Positions 1 to 14,100 of a DNA stretch of 64,000 nt are shown here, in pieces. The notes beneath the pieces were generated by a model, which saw only the letters and a list, made by a program, of their open reading frames with translations, ran no database searches and was not told the DNA's origin. This DNA is from Tubulanus polymorphus (Eukaryota > Animalia > Nemertea). The stretch's first letter is position 1. Every line of letters begins with the position of its first letter. Both the position numbers and the translations under genes were made by a program. Location: NCBI RefSeq assembly GCF_964204645.1, contig NC_134036.1, positions 3,720,001 through 3,784,000 of the forward strand, written 5' to 3'.

Positions 1-58
1 ATATGAAAGCGGTGCGGACAATTCCTAATACCTAGCAAACGACCTGTATGTTTTTCAG

Positions 59-1385
59 TTCAACCGACGTGGGGTTACTGATGCGCGGAAAGATCCTCTC
101 AACGAAATCTTATGCGACATCGACAAGCTTCGACTCGGTTCCAGCGCAGGCGAATTAAGCGCGATCACCGATAAATGTAGCGCGCTCAGTACGGAATATC
201 AACTTAAAAGTGTGGCGCAGGTACGTATGACGGACGTTCGCCGTCTACCCGGAAATCTGGGAAAAGTCGGCGAATTTTCTTTTGTTTTGACTTGAGAGCA
301 TTCCAGGTTACCTAGCTTAGTCAGTTTTGGTGGTACATACCTGATAAAAGTCTTATTACGACCAAAAAGCACTGGCAAAGGACCTAAAAAATTGTATTAA
401 AGGATATCCAAAAAGTCTGCACTGAAAGGGGTTCATGAGAGAAAAGAGACTCCATGATTTGAAAGTTTAACAATATGTTTCCATGCCTACTAACTGAAGT
501 TTGGTATGTAAGCATGGAAACATATTGTTAAACTTTCAAATCATGCAGTCACTTTTCTCTTTACAACCCCTTTCAATGAAGACTTTTTGGATTCCCTTCA
601 ATACAGTTTCAAATGGATTAAAAAGCAATGGTTTAGGTCAGCAGCCAGTCCTTTCTGGTCCTAATAAGACATCTATCGGGTAGGTACCATCAAAACTGAC
701 TGAGTTAGGCTAGGCCTACTTGATATATGCTCTCAAGTCAAGTTGAAATAGACATTTTACTCTATTGGATTATTATCGGCCCGCACAGTGTAAACAGCCA
801 GCAGGACTCGAAGCAGCTTGTCACTTTTCTTTAAAACGATCAGCAGCTGCAGAATATAGACGCAGGGGAATTTAGAAAAAATGTTCAGAAGTCAGGGAAG
901 TTTGTTGAGATTGCTAGATCGCGCATAAAACCGAACAGTTTCCGTCTATGTCTTACGTATTTGACTGTGTTAGTCGATCGGATTCTTAGCATGAATAGTC
1001 AGATGAAACGTGTGCATGTTTTAGGGGAAAAGCGAGTCAAATAAAAGTGGCCACGCTTTATTACGCGTTACGCATCTAAAGTCCTTTTAAAAACCAAGTT
1101 GATATAGATATAACATGCTCGGTGCGTTGAATGACGCAAAAACGCACGAGGCTGCATTTGAGGGAGAGTTTTATTGGTCCCTCCTAAATTTGAAAGAAAA
1201 GTCTTACAACTCGAGAAACCTAAAATGAAATCTTTAAGCTCAATGGAATATTGTATCTTATGCGATGTGTAACGTTGTATATTTCTTCGTAAAAAGCCCT
1301 TTGAGTCACCATGAGAAATAAGCACTATATAAAGAAGTAAATTTCATATATAATAATAATAATAATAGTTATTATTATTATTATT

Positions 1386-1416
<31 letters not shown>

Positions 1417-1466
1417 TGTTTATTTTTGCAGCACATATACGACCGGTGTTTGAGCAATATAGATTT

Positions 1467-1542
<76 letters not shown>

Positions 1543-1592
1543 TGTTTATTTTTGCAGCACATATACGACCGGTGTTTGAGCAATATAGATTT

Positions 1593-1653
<61 letters not shown>

Positions 1654-1703
1654 TGTATATTTTTGCAGCACATATACGACCGTTGTTTGAGCAATATAGA
1701 TTT

Positions 1704-1740
<37 letters not shown>

Positions 1741-1790
1741 TATATATTTTTGCAGCACATATACGACCGGTGTTTGAGCAATATAGATTT

Positions 1791-1831
<41 letters not shown>

Positions 1832-4800
1832 CATTATTATTATTATTATATTGTATACTTTTGCAGCACATATACGACCGTTGTTTGAGCAATATAGATT
1901 TCATTAGCGTCGGCGTGTCGTTGTTCAATTCGCTGCTGCCGCTTCAGGTCCCCGATTTTTCGCAGAAATTTCGCAGCGTCGTCCTCAACCTGGTGCAACA
2001 AGATTTCAAAGGTACGTCTTGCTCGATACCCGACATGCTCGACATCAATCCGCAGCCCTGTGGCCGTTTGCTCAATAGTTGGTTAAATGAGAAAATTAAT
2101 ACGGTGGTAATAAATGACTTCTTAATTGTCGCTATGTCTGTTAACTATCCACTGGTCGACTGCGACCAACTTCTATATGACTGGCCGCAACTATCCACTG
2201 GTCAACTGCTACCAACTTATTTACTACTTGCCGTAACTATCCACTGGTCAATTGCGACCAACTTTTATACTACTTGCCGCAACTATCCACTGGTCAACTG
2301 CTACCAACTTATATACTACTTGCCGCAACTATCCACTGGTCAATTGCGACCAGCTTTTATACTACTTGCCACAACTATCCACTGGTCAATTGCGACCAAC
2401 TTTTATACTACTTGCCGCAACTATCCACTGGTCAATTGCGACCAACTTTTATACTACTTGCCACAACTATCCACTGGTCAATTGCGACCAACTTTTATAC
2501 TACTTGCCACAACTATCCACTGGTCAACTGCTACCAACTTATATACTACTTGCCGCAACTATCCACTGGTCAATTGCGACCAACTTTTCGTGCAACTGGC
2601 CCCGGAGTAAACCCTTTTTAGATATTCACCATTCTAGTGTAAAGCCTTGACGATCGCCGTTCAAAAGTGTGTTGATGAAATTGCTAATTTCTGGCGTTTG
2701 TAGTTCATTTACGATTGAAAATGTCTCGGCTAAGAAGCAACGCATGTGAAGTGTAGATGATCAGATTTTGGTAATGCGCTGATGAATTGTCTAATATCTG
2801 GTGTTTGTTGTTCATTTTCGATTAGAAACGTCTCAGATGAACTTACTGAACACATGGGAAAAAGCCAAAACTATAATGATAAGAAAAAATGATGATGAAT
2901 TATCAAATTTCCAAGCTGCAAATTGATAGCACCTGAGGCCTTTGCACAAAACTTTGTTACAGCTATGTAAATGGTAGATAAATGCCTTATATTCATAACT
3001 GAAAATGTCTTGTAACCATAGTATTCGTCCACCGCTTAACTCTAACCAAATTTGAGCAACCTCTGTTTGAATTTCTAATTCACTTTTAGGACGGAAAGGA
3101 ATACGCTACGTTTCTACGGAAAAGTTCGCTTGCTTCACGTCGGTCTTGTGTCAGATTTTCATCACATTCCGGATAAAAGACAAACTGTTATCGCCGCTGG
3201 TCGGACCCGTGTGCGAGAGTTTAGAAGACCTGATTACGGGTGACGCAAACGAAATCGATACGCTATTCACGCAGGTAATGATGTATTCTTACGTTCGTTC
3301 GGAGTCCTCCCAGTACTGAAGTTCTTCTTTTAAACGGGACAGCCGCTGGCTGACCTGAAAACTCGGGGTTAATCGGAAATATCGAGAGATAATTCTGGGG
3401 GAAACTCGGGGAATTTAAGTTTTACCCAAAATCTGGAAAATTCTGGGAATTCGGATGATGCTATTGACCACGTGTTTCTTTCTCAGTCCTTGATTCATGA
3501 AAAATGAATAAAATGTAACATTTTTAACCTAGAATTTCACTCGGGGGGGAATTTTGTGTAATCACATGGAAAACTCGAGGGATTTTTGTAAATGGACAGT
3601 AAGTGGCGCCACCCTGAATAACTATTGAATGAAATTGAACGGAAAACTTTAAAACAGGGTCATTCGGGGGTTCCGTGGGTTCGAATCAAGAGTTTTCACA
3701 GGCTTCTGGTTGTTCCTCCTCTCTTTATCTTTAGCGGTAAAAAAACCCACAAACTTGCCGCTGATAGATAACCCTAGCAGATAAAAGGATTTTAAATGCT
3801 TTTGTTTCAGAGGTAAATTTTCAATATTGTCTCGGGTGAAGTCCGGAAGTGTGGCCGATCAACTTTCAAAAAGATGGAGGCCTATTGTTAAAAATATTTG
3901 TAGTTCATTTTCAATTAGAAATGTCTCAGGTGAAGCACTGAGCACAATCATGTGAAGTGTGGACGATCAGTTTTTGATAAAATGTCTAATATCTGGTGTT
4001 TGTAGTTCATTTTCAATTAGAAATGTCGCAGGTGAAGCACTGAACACATGTGAAGTGTGGACGATCAGTTTTTGATAAAATGTCTAATATCTGGTGTTTG
4101 TAGTTCATTTTCAATTAGAAATGTCGCAGGTGAAGCACTGAACACATGTGAAGTGTAGACGATCAGTTTTGAAAAGTTTGCTGATAAAATGTCTAATATC
4201 TGGTGTTTGTAGTTCATTTTCGATTAGAAATATTTCAGGTGAAGCACTGAACACATGTGAAGTGTGGACGATCAGTTTTTGATAAAATGTCTAATATGTG
4301 GTGTTTCTAGTTCATTTCCCTAAAAATGTCCTTGTTCCAGTCCTTTACACGTTTTTATGACCGTTTGATGCTAATGTTTTTTCATTATTTTTCAGTTGCA
4401 GGATTGCGGTAAACTGTTGCAGGAATGTGACGCCGCTCGGTTAGAACAGCTGATGATGGCAGTACGACGCGAAATTATCGCTAACTCGTAAGTCTCTACG
4501 ATTAGAATATAATTCCTACGGCTGGGCCTCGTTACGATGTAAGATTTCTAATGTCTGGTGTTTGTAGTTCATTTTCAATTAGAAATGTCTCGGGTGAAGT
4601 TCTCAAACACGTGTGAAGTGTGGATGATCAGTTTTTGAAAGCATGCTGATAAAACGTCTGGTGTTTGTAGTTCAAGTTGGGTGAAAACCTGTATTCGTTG
4701 TAACCTGGTCCCGCCGGCGTTGTTATTTTTAGATTCACTTTTACCGATATTTCAAATCATGTATATGGTAGAAATATTAGCTTTGCTCACTTCAGGCTGT

Positions 4801-5424
4801 AGACCCAGCGGTTTGTTGCTTGTGTTCACTTTTCATTTGTCTATAGTGGTTACTTGACATTGAATTACTAAGGAACAACTCCTGTTTACCTGATGAAACT
4901 AATATATACACAAGTAGCGAAAACTAGTACTTAGAAAAAATACAGTTAACCGTAACAAAGTACTATCTGCTCCTCCACAAGTCTCCTCAGCGGGGCAGTG
5001 ATAAAATGAAGATAACAAAAAAAACAAAATAATGAAGCTAACAAGAAATTAGCTTACAAAACCACAGAATTACCGATTAACCGGGATAAACAGTATCGAT
5101 TCAGGAGTCTACAGTAATTGGGATATGAAAGTAATGCGATTTCTTTTTTACAACTCCTTAAAACCTCCTTATATCCTGGAATTACTGATCTGTTCGGCAC
5201 CTGTAACTACACGGAGAGACTGGATCTCAGTCGGTCCGAGCAATCGCGCCTTATTTCAATGAGTTTCTTTTCGACTGTTGTTTCTTTTTTTTATCGTTTA
5301 TAGAAAATCGCCGCGATCGCGTAGCACGTTGTTGCAGTTGGTCGAATGCCACGCGCGTAACTGGGAGCCGCTCGGCGCCGATATATCGAAGTTTTACTGC
5401 GATCCGCAGGTCGACGGTTTATAG
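59..5424 (+). CDS. MIF4G-domain protein, CTIF/MIF4GD(SLIP1)-like; 3' part of a gene that starts upstream of the window
   Basis: Five phase-compatible GT-AG exons: 59-220, 1867-2011, 3090-3274, 4396-4487, 5304-5424 (TAG). The joined translation ...QLKSVAQ|HIYDRCLSNIDFISVGVSLFNSLL...KFRSVVLNLVQQDFK|GRKGIRYVSTEKFACFTSVLCQIFITFR...PLVGPVCESLEDL...|LQDCGKLLQE...|...RSTLLQLVECHARNWEPL...KFYC resembles, from memory, the C-terminal MIF4G domain of CTIF (FRSLLLNMLQKDF...LQSTGRLLEE...RSLLLEVIELHANSWNPL). Confidence 0.8.
287..741. mobile_element. MITE-like foldback element (long imperfect palindrome) in an intron
   Basis: The ends TTGACTTGAGAGCA and TGCTCTCAAGTCAA are reverse complements. Pairing continues inward to a near-perfect core (GAAAGTTTAACAATATGTTTCCATGC ... 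GCATGGAAACATATTGTTAAACTTTC) centred near 500. Confidence 0.75.
1350..1900 (+). repeat. (ATT)n microsatellite interleaved with five copies of a splice-acceptor/exon-start unit
   Basis: The unit TTTTGCAG|CACATATACGACCG(G/T)TGTTTGAGCAATATAGATTT has exon-side starts at 1432, 1558, 1669, 1756 and 1867, separated by ATT runs. Confidence 0.95.
2143..2590. repeat. 46-bp minisatellite, about 10 copies, intronic
   Basis: The unit AACTATCCACTGGTCAATTGCGACCAACTTTTATACTACTTGCCGC recurs every 46 nt (e.g. 2281, 2327). Confidence 0.95.
3895..4320. repeat. ~90-bp tandem repeat that is also dispersed elsewhere
   Basis: GTTTGTAGTTCATTTTCAATTAGAAATGTC...GTGAAGTGTGGACGATCAG is repeated 4-5 times. Related copies lie at ~2690-2850, ~4550-4680 and, inverted, at ~28600-28720. 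Confidence 0.85.
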
Positions 5425-6339
5425 CGTCTTCGTTAAGAGAAAGCGTTAAAAAAACAGTCGCGTTACGGAAGAGAGAGTTCGAAACGTCGTCGGGAACGCG
5501 TTAACGGAACGACATTCGATCGGGACGACGTTCGCTCGAAACGGTAATCGCTAATGTTCGTCGTCGCGTGCTGATTTTCGAGGCTTTACGACTCCACGCG
5601 AACTCGCGTTTTAAAATCAAACTTTACCCTTTCAGTGCGGTGTATTAATCAGGACTTAACCAGTACGCCGCATCGCGTTAGTCGACCGCATCGTTATACA
5701 ATGTACTGGAATTTTTTGGTGGATTTTTTGAAATTTTGAAATTATTTCCCGCACTTTCAGTTATTGATTAGTCAGCACTTGTTAAGCTGTCTACTATTTT
5801 GAGTCCTGTTCTGTATTTCCAAATCAATTCACTATGATATGTAAGTTGTCGTTTGGATAAGTCATCACATCACTTAGGTCAATTTATTTTTGAGTTCAAT
5901 TCAATTTACTAAGTCGAGGGAATTTTTATTTTGATAAGTCGTCAAATTACCTTAATTCATCCAATTTTTAGTCTTATGCTGTGTTTCCAATTCAGGTCAC
6001 TAAGCGTAGTTGGTTATTTGGACAAGTCGTCAAATTATTTGGGTCATCTCTATTTTCGAGTCGTCCTGATTTGTATTATTTCTAATTCAATTTACTAAGT
6101 CAAGTTCTTTATTTGGATAAAGTCGTCAAATTACCGTCCAATTTTTAGTAATCAAATTTTTAGTCTTATGCCGTGTTACCAATTCAATTCACGAAGTGTA
6201 AGACATTATTTGGATTAGTCGTCTCTATTTTCGAGTCCTAATTCGTATTATTTCTACCTTATAGCCTGTAGTGCTGGAGATAATTAGAAAATTGTAAAAA
6301 ATTCCACCCTCGTGTGTTGAATAACGGGAATACCACTAT

Positions 6340-6523
6340 AGTGCGTCTACACCGCGGTGCAGTGTATCATTAGTTACTAGTATTTCACTATGTTTGACAG
6401 GTGCTGCCATTTTTCAAGAGAGATGATTACTAATTACATCAAAACACCGCAGTGCGGCGTACTAGCAAAATCTATCACTGATTTGTACACCGCACTGCGG
6501 TGTAGACGCACTGAAAGGGTTAA
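6340..6523. mobile_element. piggyBac-like MITE remnant
   Basis: Inverted repeats GTGCGTCTACACCGC ... GCGGTGTAGACGCACTGAAAGGG end in TTAA. A matching ACCCTTTCAGTGC end lies at ~5627. Confidence 0.5.
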
Positions 6524-7029
6524 GTCATGTGTAAATACGTCTCCTCGCGAAATGAATATAAAACCATCGTCGAGTTTTTCTATATCAGAGCGCACGATAA
6601 ATGTATATACGAATGAAGCGTGGCTTACTGGTCCGTCTATCGCGTAGTCATCATACAATTTTGTGTCGTGTTTTTTCTCGTATTTTTATTTCCTCGTCGA
6701 ATACAATGCGCATTTTTCTTAAAAACAATTATGTACCGATCTTTTTTTTAGAATAAACTATACCGAAATATTATTTCACGACGGATTTTACTGGTTATTC
6801 GTTTGGCCCGTTCCGCCTGAAATTTTTCTGTCTTCTCTGACGAGAATATATGTAGATAATAAGTTTAAAACCCGGTATTCATACACAATTTAAAAGGTTT
6901 CAAATTTATCAAAAATTAATTTTCATTTCGGACTTTTCCTAGGTATCATCGTCAGGTGTTGTTATTCGGCCCGATGATGATCTCTTAGAGAGAGTTCGAA
7001 ACGTTGTGACTTTTGATATATAAATAATT

Positions 7030-7221
7030 CTTATAAATTGTTCGCTTTTAATCTGATAGATTTTGTATAGAGTGGGTTCTTCTTAACTTAGATTATCTTT
7101 AATATACGACGAGAGTATACTGGATTATACTCTATGATACTAATTGCTGGTAGATTGAAACTGAAACTGGTGGCTTTTCACAGACACTTTTAGTCTCTAT
7201 TCGGTCGACAGATAATATCCA

Positions 7222-7275
<54 letters not shown>

Positions 7276-7694
7276 TATTTTCGTCTTATACAAAACTATT
7301 GGTTTTCATTACATTGGAATTTGTTATATAAGATGAGAGACTACACGCTATAATGGGTACCCTACAAAGACTTCCACTTGTATCTAGAATAAAAGGTCCA
7401 CTTCAATGAAAAAAATTCCACTGAAAATCTTTGCGTCTTGTATCCGACCAATTTGAATAAAAGAAACTCAGTTTTGTATTGTGTTGTGAAAAATGTTTAA
7501 CTAGATATAAATTGTTCGCTTTTAATCTGATAGATTTTGTATAGAGTGGGTTCTTCTTAACTTAGATTATCTACAATATACGACGAGAGTATTTGAATTA
7601 TACTCTATGATACTAATTGCTGGTAGATTGAAACTGAAACTGGTGGCTTTTCACAGACACTTTTAGTCTCTATTCGGTCGACAGATAATATCCA

Positions 7695-7782
<88 letters not shown>

Positions 7783-8010
7783 TATTTTCGTCTTATACAA
7801 AACTATTGGTTTTCATTACATTGGAATTTGTTAAATAAGATGAGAGACTACACGCTATAATGAGTACCCTACAAAGACTTCCACTTGTATCTAGAATAAA
7901 AGGTCCACTTCAATGAAAAAAATTCCACTGAAAATCTTTGCGTCTTGTATCCGACCAATTTGAATAAAAGAAACTCAGTTTTGTATTGTGTTGTGAAAAA
8001 TGTTTAACTA
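7030..8010. repeat. ~480-500-bp tandem duplication, each copy containing an (AT)n tract
   Basis: TATAAATTGTTCGCTTTTAATCTG...AAAATGTTTAACTAGA occurs twice (starting ~7032 and ~7506), nearly identical except for (AT)n length. It lies just downstream of GPCR copy 1. Confidence 0.9.
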
Positions 8011-8118
8011 GAAGATGCTGGAATTAAGTAACTCGAAGATCTTATAGTTGAAGATGAGATCATCTATCTAAAACACAATATAGCAATTTATAATCAGAAT
8101 TCGATGTTTGAAATCTGT

Positions 8119-11100
8119 TCAATGTCGTGAACGTTTAGCTTTTGCTCTTATGGATTTCATATCAATAGTCAATATTGTGTAAAGAAGGGGATTGAGGGAC
8201 GAGTTGATCGGTAAGAAAAGAACCGCCAGCCAAGCCGCCACCTGATTCGGTATTTCTACCCGTAATACGGCGCAAAACTGAACGGTTATTAACGGCAGCC
8301 AGCAAAATAAATTACACAGATTTATCACTAAACTTCTGCGTGCCAAAATAAGTTCGGTAGGATCTATTCTACCCGAACCGGACCTGCTTCCAGATACGAG
8401 TCTGTACATTTGAGAATAGGTGGCCATTATGGAAGCAAGTATGACAGAGTTGAACACGGCAAAAATAGCGAATGAATATTGCCAGGCGTTGACCTCGATT
8501 GTAATTAAATTCATAGGTAAACAAACTCCTGTACTGCCATAGAAGTTGTTCCCGAAATAAGATGACTGTGACAGAGGTATTATAGATACTGTACCTATGG
8601 ATAACCAACATACGCCACAAATAATGGACACATATCTCGGAGATGTAATCGGGCTTCCAGAAAATGGATTAACGATAGTTGAGAATCTATGGCGCGTTAG
8701 AATAAGCAGAAATGTCAATGAGCCTTCACAAGAAAGAGTCACCGTAACTCCAGCGAAACTACAAAATGAACTGTCGGTCCAAGTTTCAGAATTTAGGAAA
8801 TAATCTCCTTTATAAACGTAATCTGCTCCCGCGATCAAAAACAAATAAATCGACATCAGAAAATCACAAGCAGCGATATTGATAATGAGGATGTCAGAAG
8901 ACGTGTTACGCTTTTCAGAGGGTGAAAGTCGAATTGACCGAAGACGAAATAAAATGACGATACTGTTCGCGGAGAAACTGAACGCAGCGATGACCCAGAT
9001 GATAGCTCTGAGGACTGTGTTACCCATCAGATCAGAACAGGAGGAAAATTGATCAGCTTCGGGAAGGCACTGGTCAACATTCGGAGCCATGCAGCAAAAT
9101 TTGTAAGCATCAGACGTTAGCGAGACTAATGATGTCAGATTGTCGAAAACGCCTCTTTCTGTTGAAATATAATTGGAATTATTGGATAAATCGAGATACA
9201 AAAGTTCGCTTAAACCAGAAAAAGCATATTTCGATATAAAATTTATTCTATTGCTGCTGATATTCAACGAAGTCATTGAGGATAAACCTTTGAATATATT
9301 TGCGGAGAGTGCCGAAATGTACAGTCCGCGAAGGTCAAAACTGGAAAGCGAGATTAAACCATTAAAGCTACCATCTTCTAAATATCGAATTGGATTTCCA
9401 GTTACGAAAAGTTCTTTTAAACTAATTAACCCGTTGAATGTATTAGTTGTTAAAGATGTAATCGAGTTATACGTAAGGTCTAACGTTCGTAGATTATGCA
9501 GGTTTGTGAATGAATTTGGTAAAATGTGAGACAATTCATTGGCGGAGAGGTTGAGCATGCGAAGATAGACGAATGAAGAAAACGTTGACGCATTTAAACG
9601 AATGCTGTTATCGGACAACATTAGAACTCGAGTTGATATCGTGATTAGACCAGTAATATCGGTGAGACCAACATTCCTACAGTCCACATAATGACCTTGA
9701 CATTGACAGCGACTAGGACACGTGACGTTACAGAAAGCCTCGTCATCGGTTGTATGTTTACAATTTACGACACCATCGCAAACTTCAGATTGTGGGATAC
9801 ATCGATTTTCCTGACCACATTTAAACATTCCCGGACATGAAAATGTCTTGCAGTTTTGTTCATCTTCTGAATTAGGACAATCTGATTGACCATTGCACAT
9901 CTGTCTGATCGGTATACAGTACGATGCTGGACATTTCACAGTACCAGCTGGACATTCAAATTCTTCACATCTCAATACATGCTCAAGATTTCTACAAACT
10001 GGGAGATCATTGGTCATTCTTTCTAGAATACATCTGTGACGTCTTGAATAACAATGAGGAGAATTGAAAGAACATCTTTGTTCATCAGATTCTGTGCAGA
10101 GATTTGTGAAGTTAGTCGCACAGTGGTTTTCACTAGTACAGCTAACCGTAGGATTCACTGTAACATTAGGAGTTGTTACTAATTCATCTTCCTCCAGGCT
10201 TCCACTACAATCCACGACACCATCCTGATACAACTGAAAACTGATACAGTCTCCGCTGTTACACATGAACCCCTGACACATTTCAGCGGTGCACCCCATT
10301 TCGTCGGAGTCGTCCTTACAATGAGTGGCTCCATCACATCTGTTAGATTTACCGACACATTGACCACTGTTACAGCGAAATTGTTCGGACAAACACGGTG
10401 GATGAATACAAGATTTCTCATCAGAATCATCCACACAATCATGTATGAAGTCACAGAAACCACTTATTGATATAACCTGACCATCATCGCATTGAAACTG
10501 ACTGCGTAGATTGATATCCGTACAATTGAGTTCATCTTCACCGTGTTGACAGTCGTGTCTGGTATCACATACGCGATGGTCGCTGATACATCTTCGATCG
10601 TTACATTCAAACTGCCACGATTTACAACCGCTTATCGAAGCTAACTCTTCATCAGTTACATTGTACGAACACAAAACAGAATGCGCTGTATCTGTCGCAT
10701 TATCAAACCGTTTCATTATCCATTTAACTGATTGAATATAAGAAATTTCATCTCTAGTGATTATTGGGTGTATAACTTGCAGTCTGTCATTAGAAATCAT
10801 CGTTAGTATAGAGCTATATTGATGTCGATATTGAAATATTCTTATCAAATAAAAGACATCTTTTTCTGTGTTACTGTACGCTCGGCCTATTTCGCCTCGG
10901 ATGCCACGACACATCTTTGTCGCAGTTTCTACATCTAAACCGCCTTGTTTGTTCCAGTCTGTCAGTATTTGATAGCATTGTTGATCTATGCTTACCCAAC
11001 CAATCGTACAGCTCGAGTCATTGAAACCAGTATCTTGAAATTTATCTTCTCCTATCTTCTCGTATGTGTCGTTGTTTCTGGAATTTGTTGTATTTCCATC

Positions 11101-14100
11101 TGTATCCAATCTTTCCGATTCGCAAACGAAACTCGTATGAACCTCTTCGATTTCGCAGGGGAATCGAACCCAGTTCGCCGAACCTCGTGGATTATTCAAT
11201 ATCATCGCCGTACACGGCATATTGACATCATTTATCGGTTGTTTTCTTACGGCAGATATCAAACCTTGAATAACTTCTGGTATCGTGTCGTTATTTGCAG
11301 GTTTATACCAATCAGTGTAGCTCAATGGTTTCCCGTCAGTCCACGTGTAATTACCTGTATTCGGCTGAAAATAACGATTAAGAATAATGAATCTATAAAT
11401 AATTAAGTTTCTCCTGAAATAGAAATATCCCTTTATGAGGGAAAAGCAGTATTTTTAGATTACAATTACCTGCAGTTTTAGTCCAATCATCATAATGAGC
11501 GCTTTCTGTGAATATGCCGGTCTCAAAAGTTCCGTTGCGAATAACGTTTTAATGTTAATCATTTCCTGTTGTGAGTTGATACTGAGTAGATGTCCCGCGT
11601 ACTTCTGTCTACAGTACAATTCAGCATTCTCCCAATTCAGACGTTCATTTCTGATGTATTTTACGCATGAAATTCCCGAATCTAGAAATCCTGATTTACA
11701 AACATTTTCAAACTGTTTTACCGGTAACGACTGTTCTAATGTGTATTGTATTTGAAATATGGGAATGTAATTTTTCACCTCGAAGTAAAAGGTGTGATGT
11801 CTTAAACTATAAAACACAAGTCCCGGTATTGCGTTATTGTCACATATTTTATTTTCGTGTCGATGTGTTTGACCAGTTGTATCACCTATGTATTGTATTA
11901 ATATAATCGGGTCTTTGTCTCGTGGTGTCGCCTTCTCACATCGTATCATTTCAATATATTTCGATACAAATCTGTAGTGTAGAATTCCCTTAATGGCCTT
12001 TGGTGTAAACCTATATGTTAATGCTTCTCTGGCGAATGCTGCTGATCCCGGGTAGTTTGGTGACTGAATGATTCCGCAATTATCAATTAGTGGTTCCTGG
12101 TCGATAGCCATAAATTCTGCCACATTCTTCGATCGTTGACATTTATTTCGTAATTCAACTAGTAATGAATGTCTCCAGAATGGATCCGTCCAACGTGTTT
12201 TCACAGTGTTTAATACGAGACTGTTATTGAGAATCTGACTACTCAAACTCACGTACATACCACATGAACCGAATAATAGAGGATCCTGAAAACATCGGTC
12301 AATTTGATATTCGTGTGCTGATAATATATAGATATTTCTCAAAGGAAGGCGTCGGTTTTCGGGTGTAATCACGAGACAGTGTGACGTCATATTGATCCGA
12401 CGTTCTCCCTCCTTTAAAACATACCCGTCACAGTCGGTAGGACGAAATCTGAGGCGTGAATCCTTACCGACTGTCAACTGATCGTCCCAGTTATAAGCGT
12501 ATCCTACTACAGTAACCGATCCACCTGATGTAATCAGACTGACGACGTTACGGTCGTATGTCCATAAACGAGGACAATACGGACCGTATCGTCTAGCCGT
12601 GAAATTACCACCGTCGTATATGTAAAATCCAGCTCGCTCGCAGTTCTCTGATAAAACTGTTAGTTCCATATTCTCTTCGTAAATATCTACTTTCCATCTG
12701 ATCTCGTATCTAGTGATGCGATACGTTAATGTCATCTTCCCTCGAGTTGGGTACAGCGAGTTCAGGGTCATAAACCACATTTGGTTCACAGATGCCTAAA
12801 TCAGAATTAATTTACTGGACTATAGAGATATGAACAGCCGTACCATACGTTTTAAAAGACATTTTATTTTATACACTTTTCTTACCTTGCGTTTGTCGAT
12901 TTTTACGTCAGCTATAGAAAATGATTCCATTTTGTAGATTATTTCTATACGAGATTCCGTTAGTTCTTGCTCAACCAAAACGCACAGTACGACGAAAAAG
13001 CCTTCAGATTTGACACTCAGTGATTGCAGGTAGTTGTAACCGAGTAAAATATCAGTTCCTATAACACGTAACCCTTCTAGTTTATATACACCAATGACGT
13101 CATCGGACGAGACGAGGTCACGTGTCCAGTTGAAGACGACGTACTGTAACACCTGCACTGTGATAGACCAGCAGTGTAAGTGTTTTGATCGAGTTATTAC
13201 GTGTAAACTGTTGTCATCGGGAATGAGCACTCCCGACTCGTTATTAGAGATTTGTATCAACGGATTAGAGACGTTCCAATCTGATATTTTATAAATCTGG
13301 ACTAAAAGCTGCGACTGAAATTGCACTTGACGATATAGCAGTGATATGACGGCTTTGTTTGTTTTAGTATGAAAAGACGATGGCGGATGTCCGGTTTGTT
13401 CTCGTAGTAGACCTATAGGTTCCCTGCTGGTGTTCCACCCATCGTGGATTTTAACAGTCGTCGCTTGATTAGCGCCCGGTCTAACTTTTAAACTTAGCTT
13501 GCTTAGTGTCAAGTTCATAGCAAAACCAACCGGCGCCCCGACCCATTCCAAAAACAACTGGCAGTTTTGTAGACGATTTATGGCAAATCTGTATCCTTTC
13601 ACTGCTTGTAATTCTTTTAATTGAAAAGATGATTTTCTGCAGTAATGACTTATTCTCAATCGGTTACGTTCATAACGATATATGATATAAACCCGACTAC
13701 CTCGCGCACCATCGACGTTGCTTCCAAACATCAACGAGATCGAATCGTTACGGCGGATTTCATGTTTTCCATCACCGCACAATCTGTTATCAGACTCGCC
13801 GATGAGAAGGTAGTTATCACTACAGAATATTGACGGCTCGATATCGTAGTAAACCTGGACGTGGAAAGTTCCCGATAAAGAACTGTTGATGAACCAACGA
13901 CATTCAACACCACGCGATAACGAAGGGTAATTCGGCGAAACGATGTAACCGGACGTAGAATCTAGCGGGTACCACGTGTTGTTACAAGACGAACTTACCG
14001 TCACAGACGATTCCTCGATAGAGTCTGCGCGATCAGCGCGCGCGATGCGAACTTGACAGACGATCAGCGACGCTATAAACAGCGCTCTCAGTCGTTGCTT

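Noticed and set aside
844-1010. Open frame (QLQNIDAGEFRK...) as an extra MIF4G exon
   Set aside because: Weak splice sites, and the 220-to-1867 join already gives a contiguous match to the MIF4G domain.
1325-2650. Long poly-I, poly-N and poly-L ORFs and 46-bp-repeat ORFs
   Set aside because: They are by-products of microsatellite and minisatellite periodicity. Only 1867-2011 is supported as a real exon.
9173-11406. Plus-strand ORFs repeated in each GPCR copy
   Set aside because: Antisense shadows of the duplicated GPCR coding sequence.
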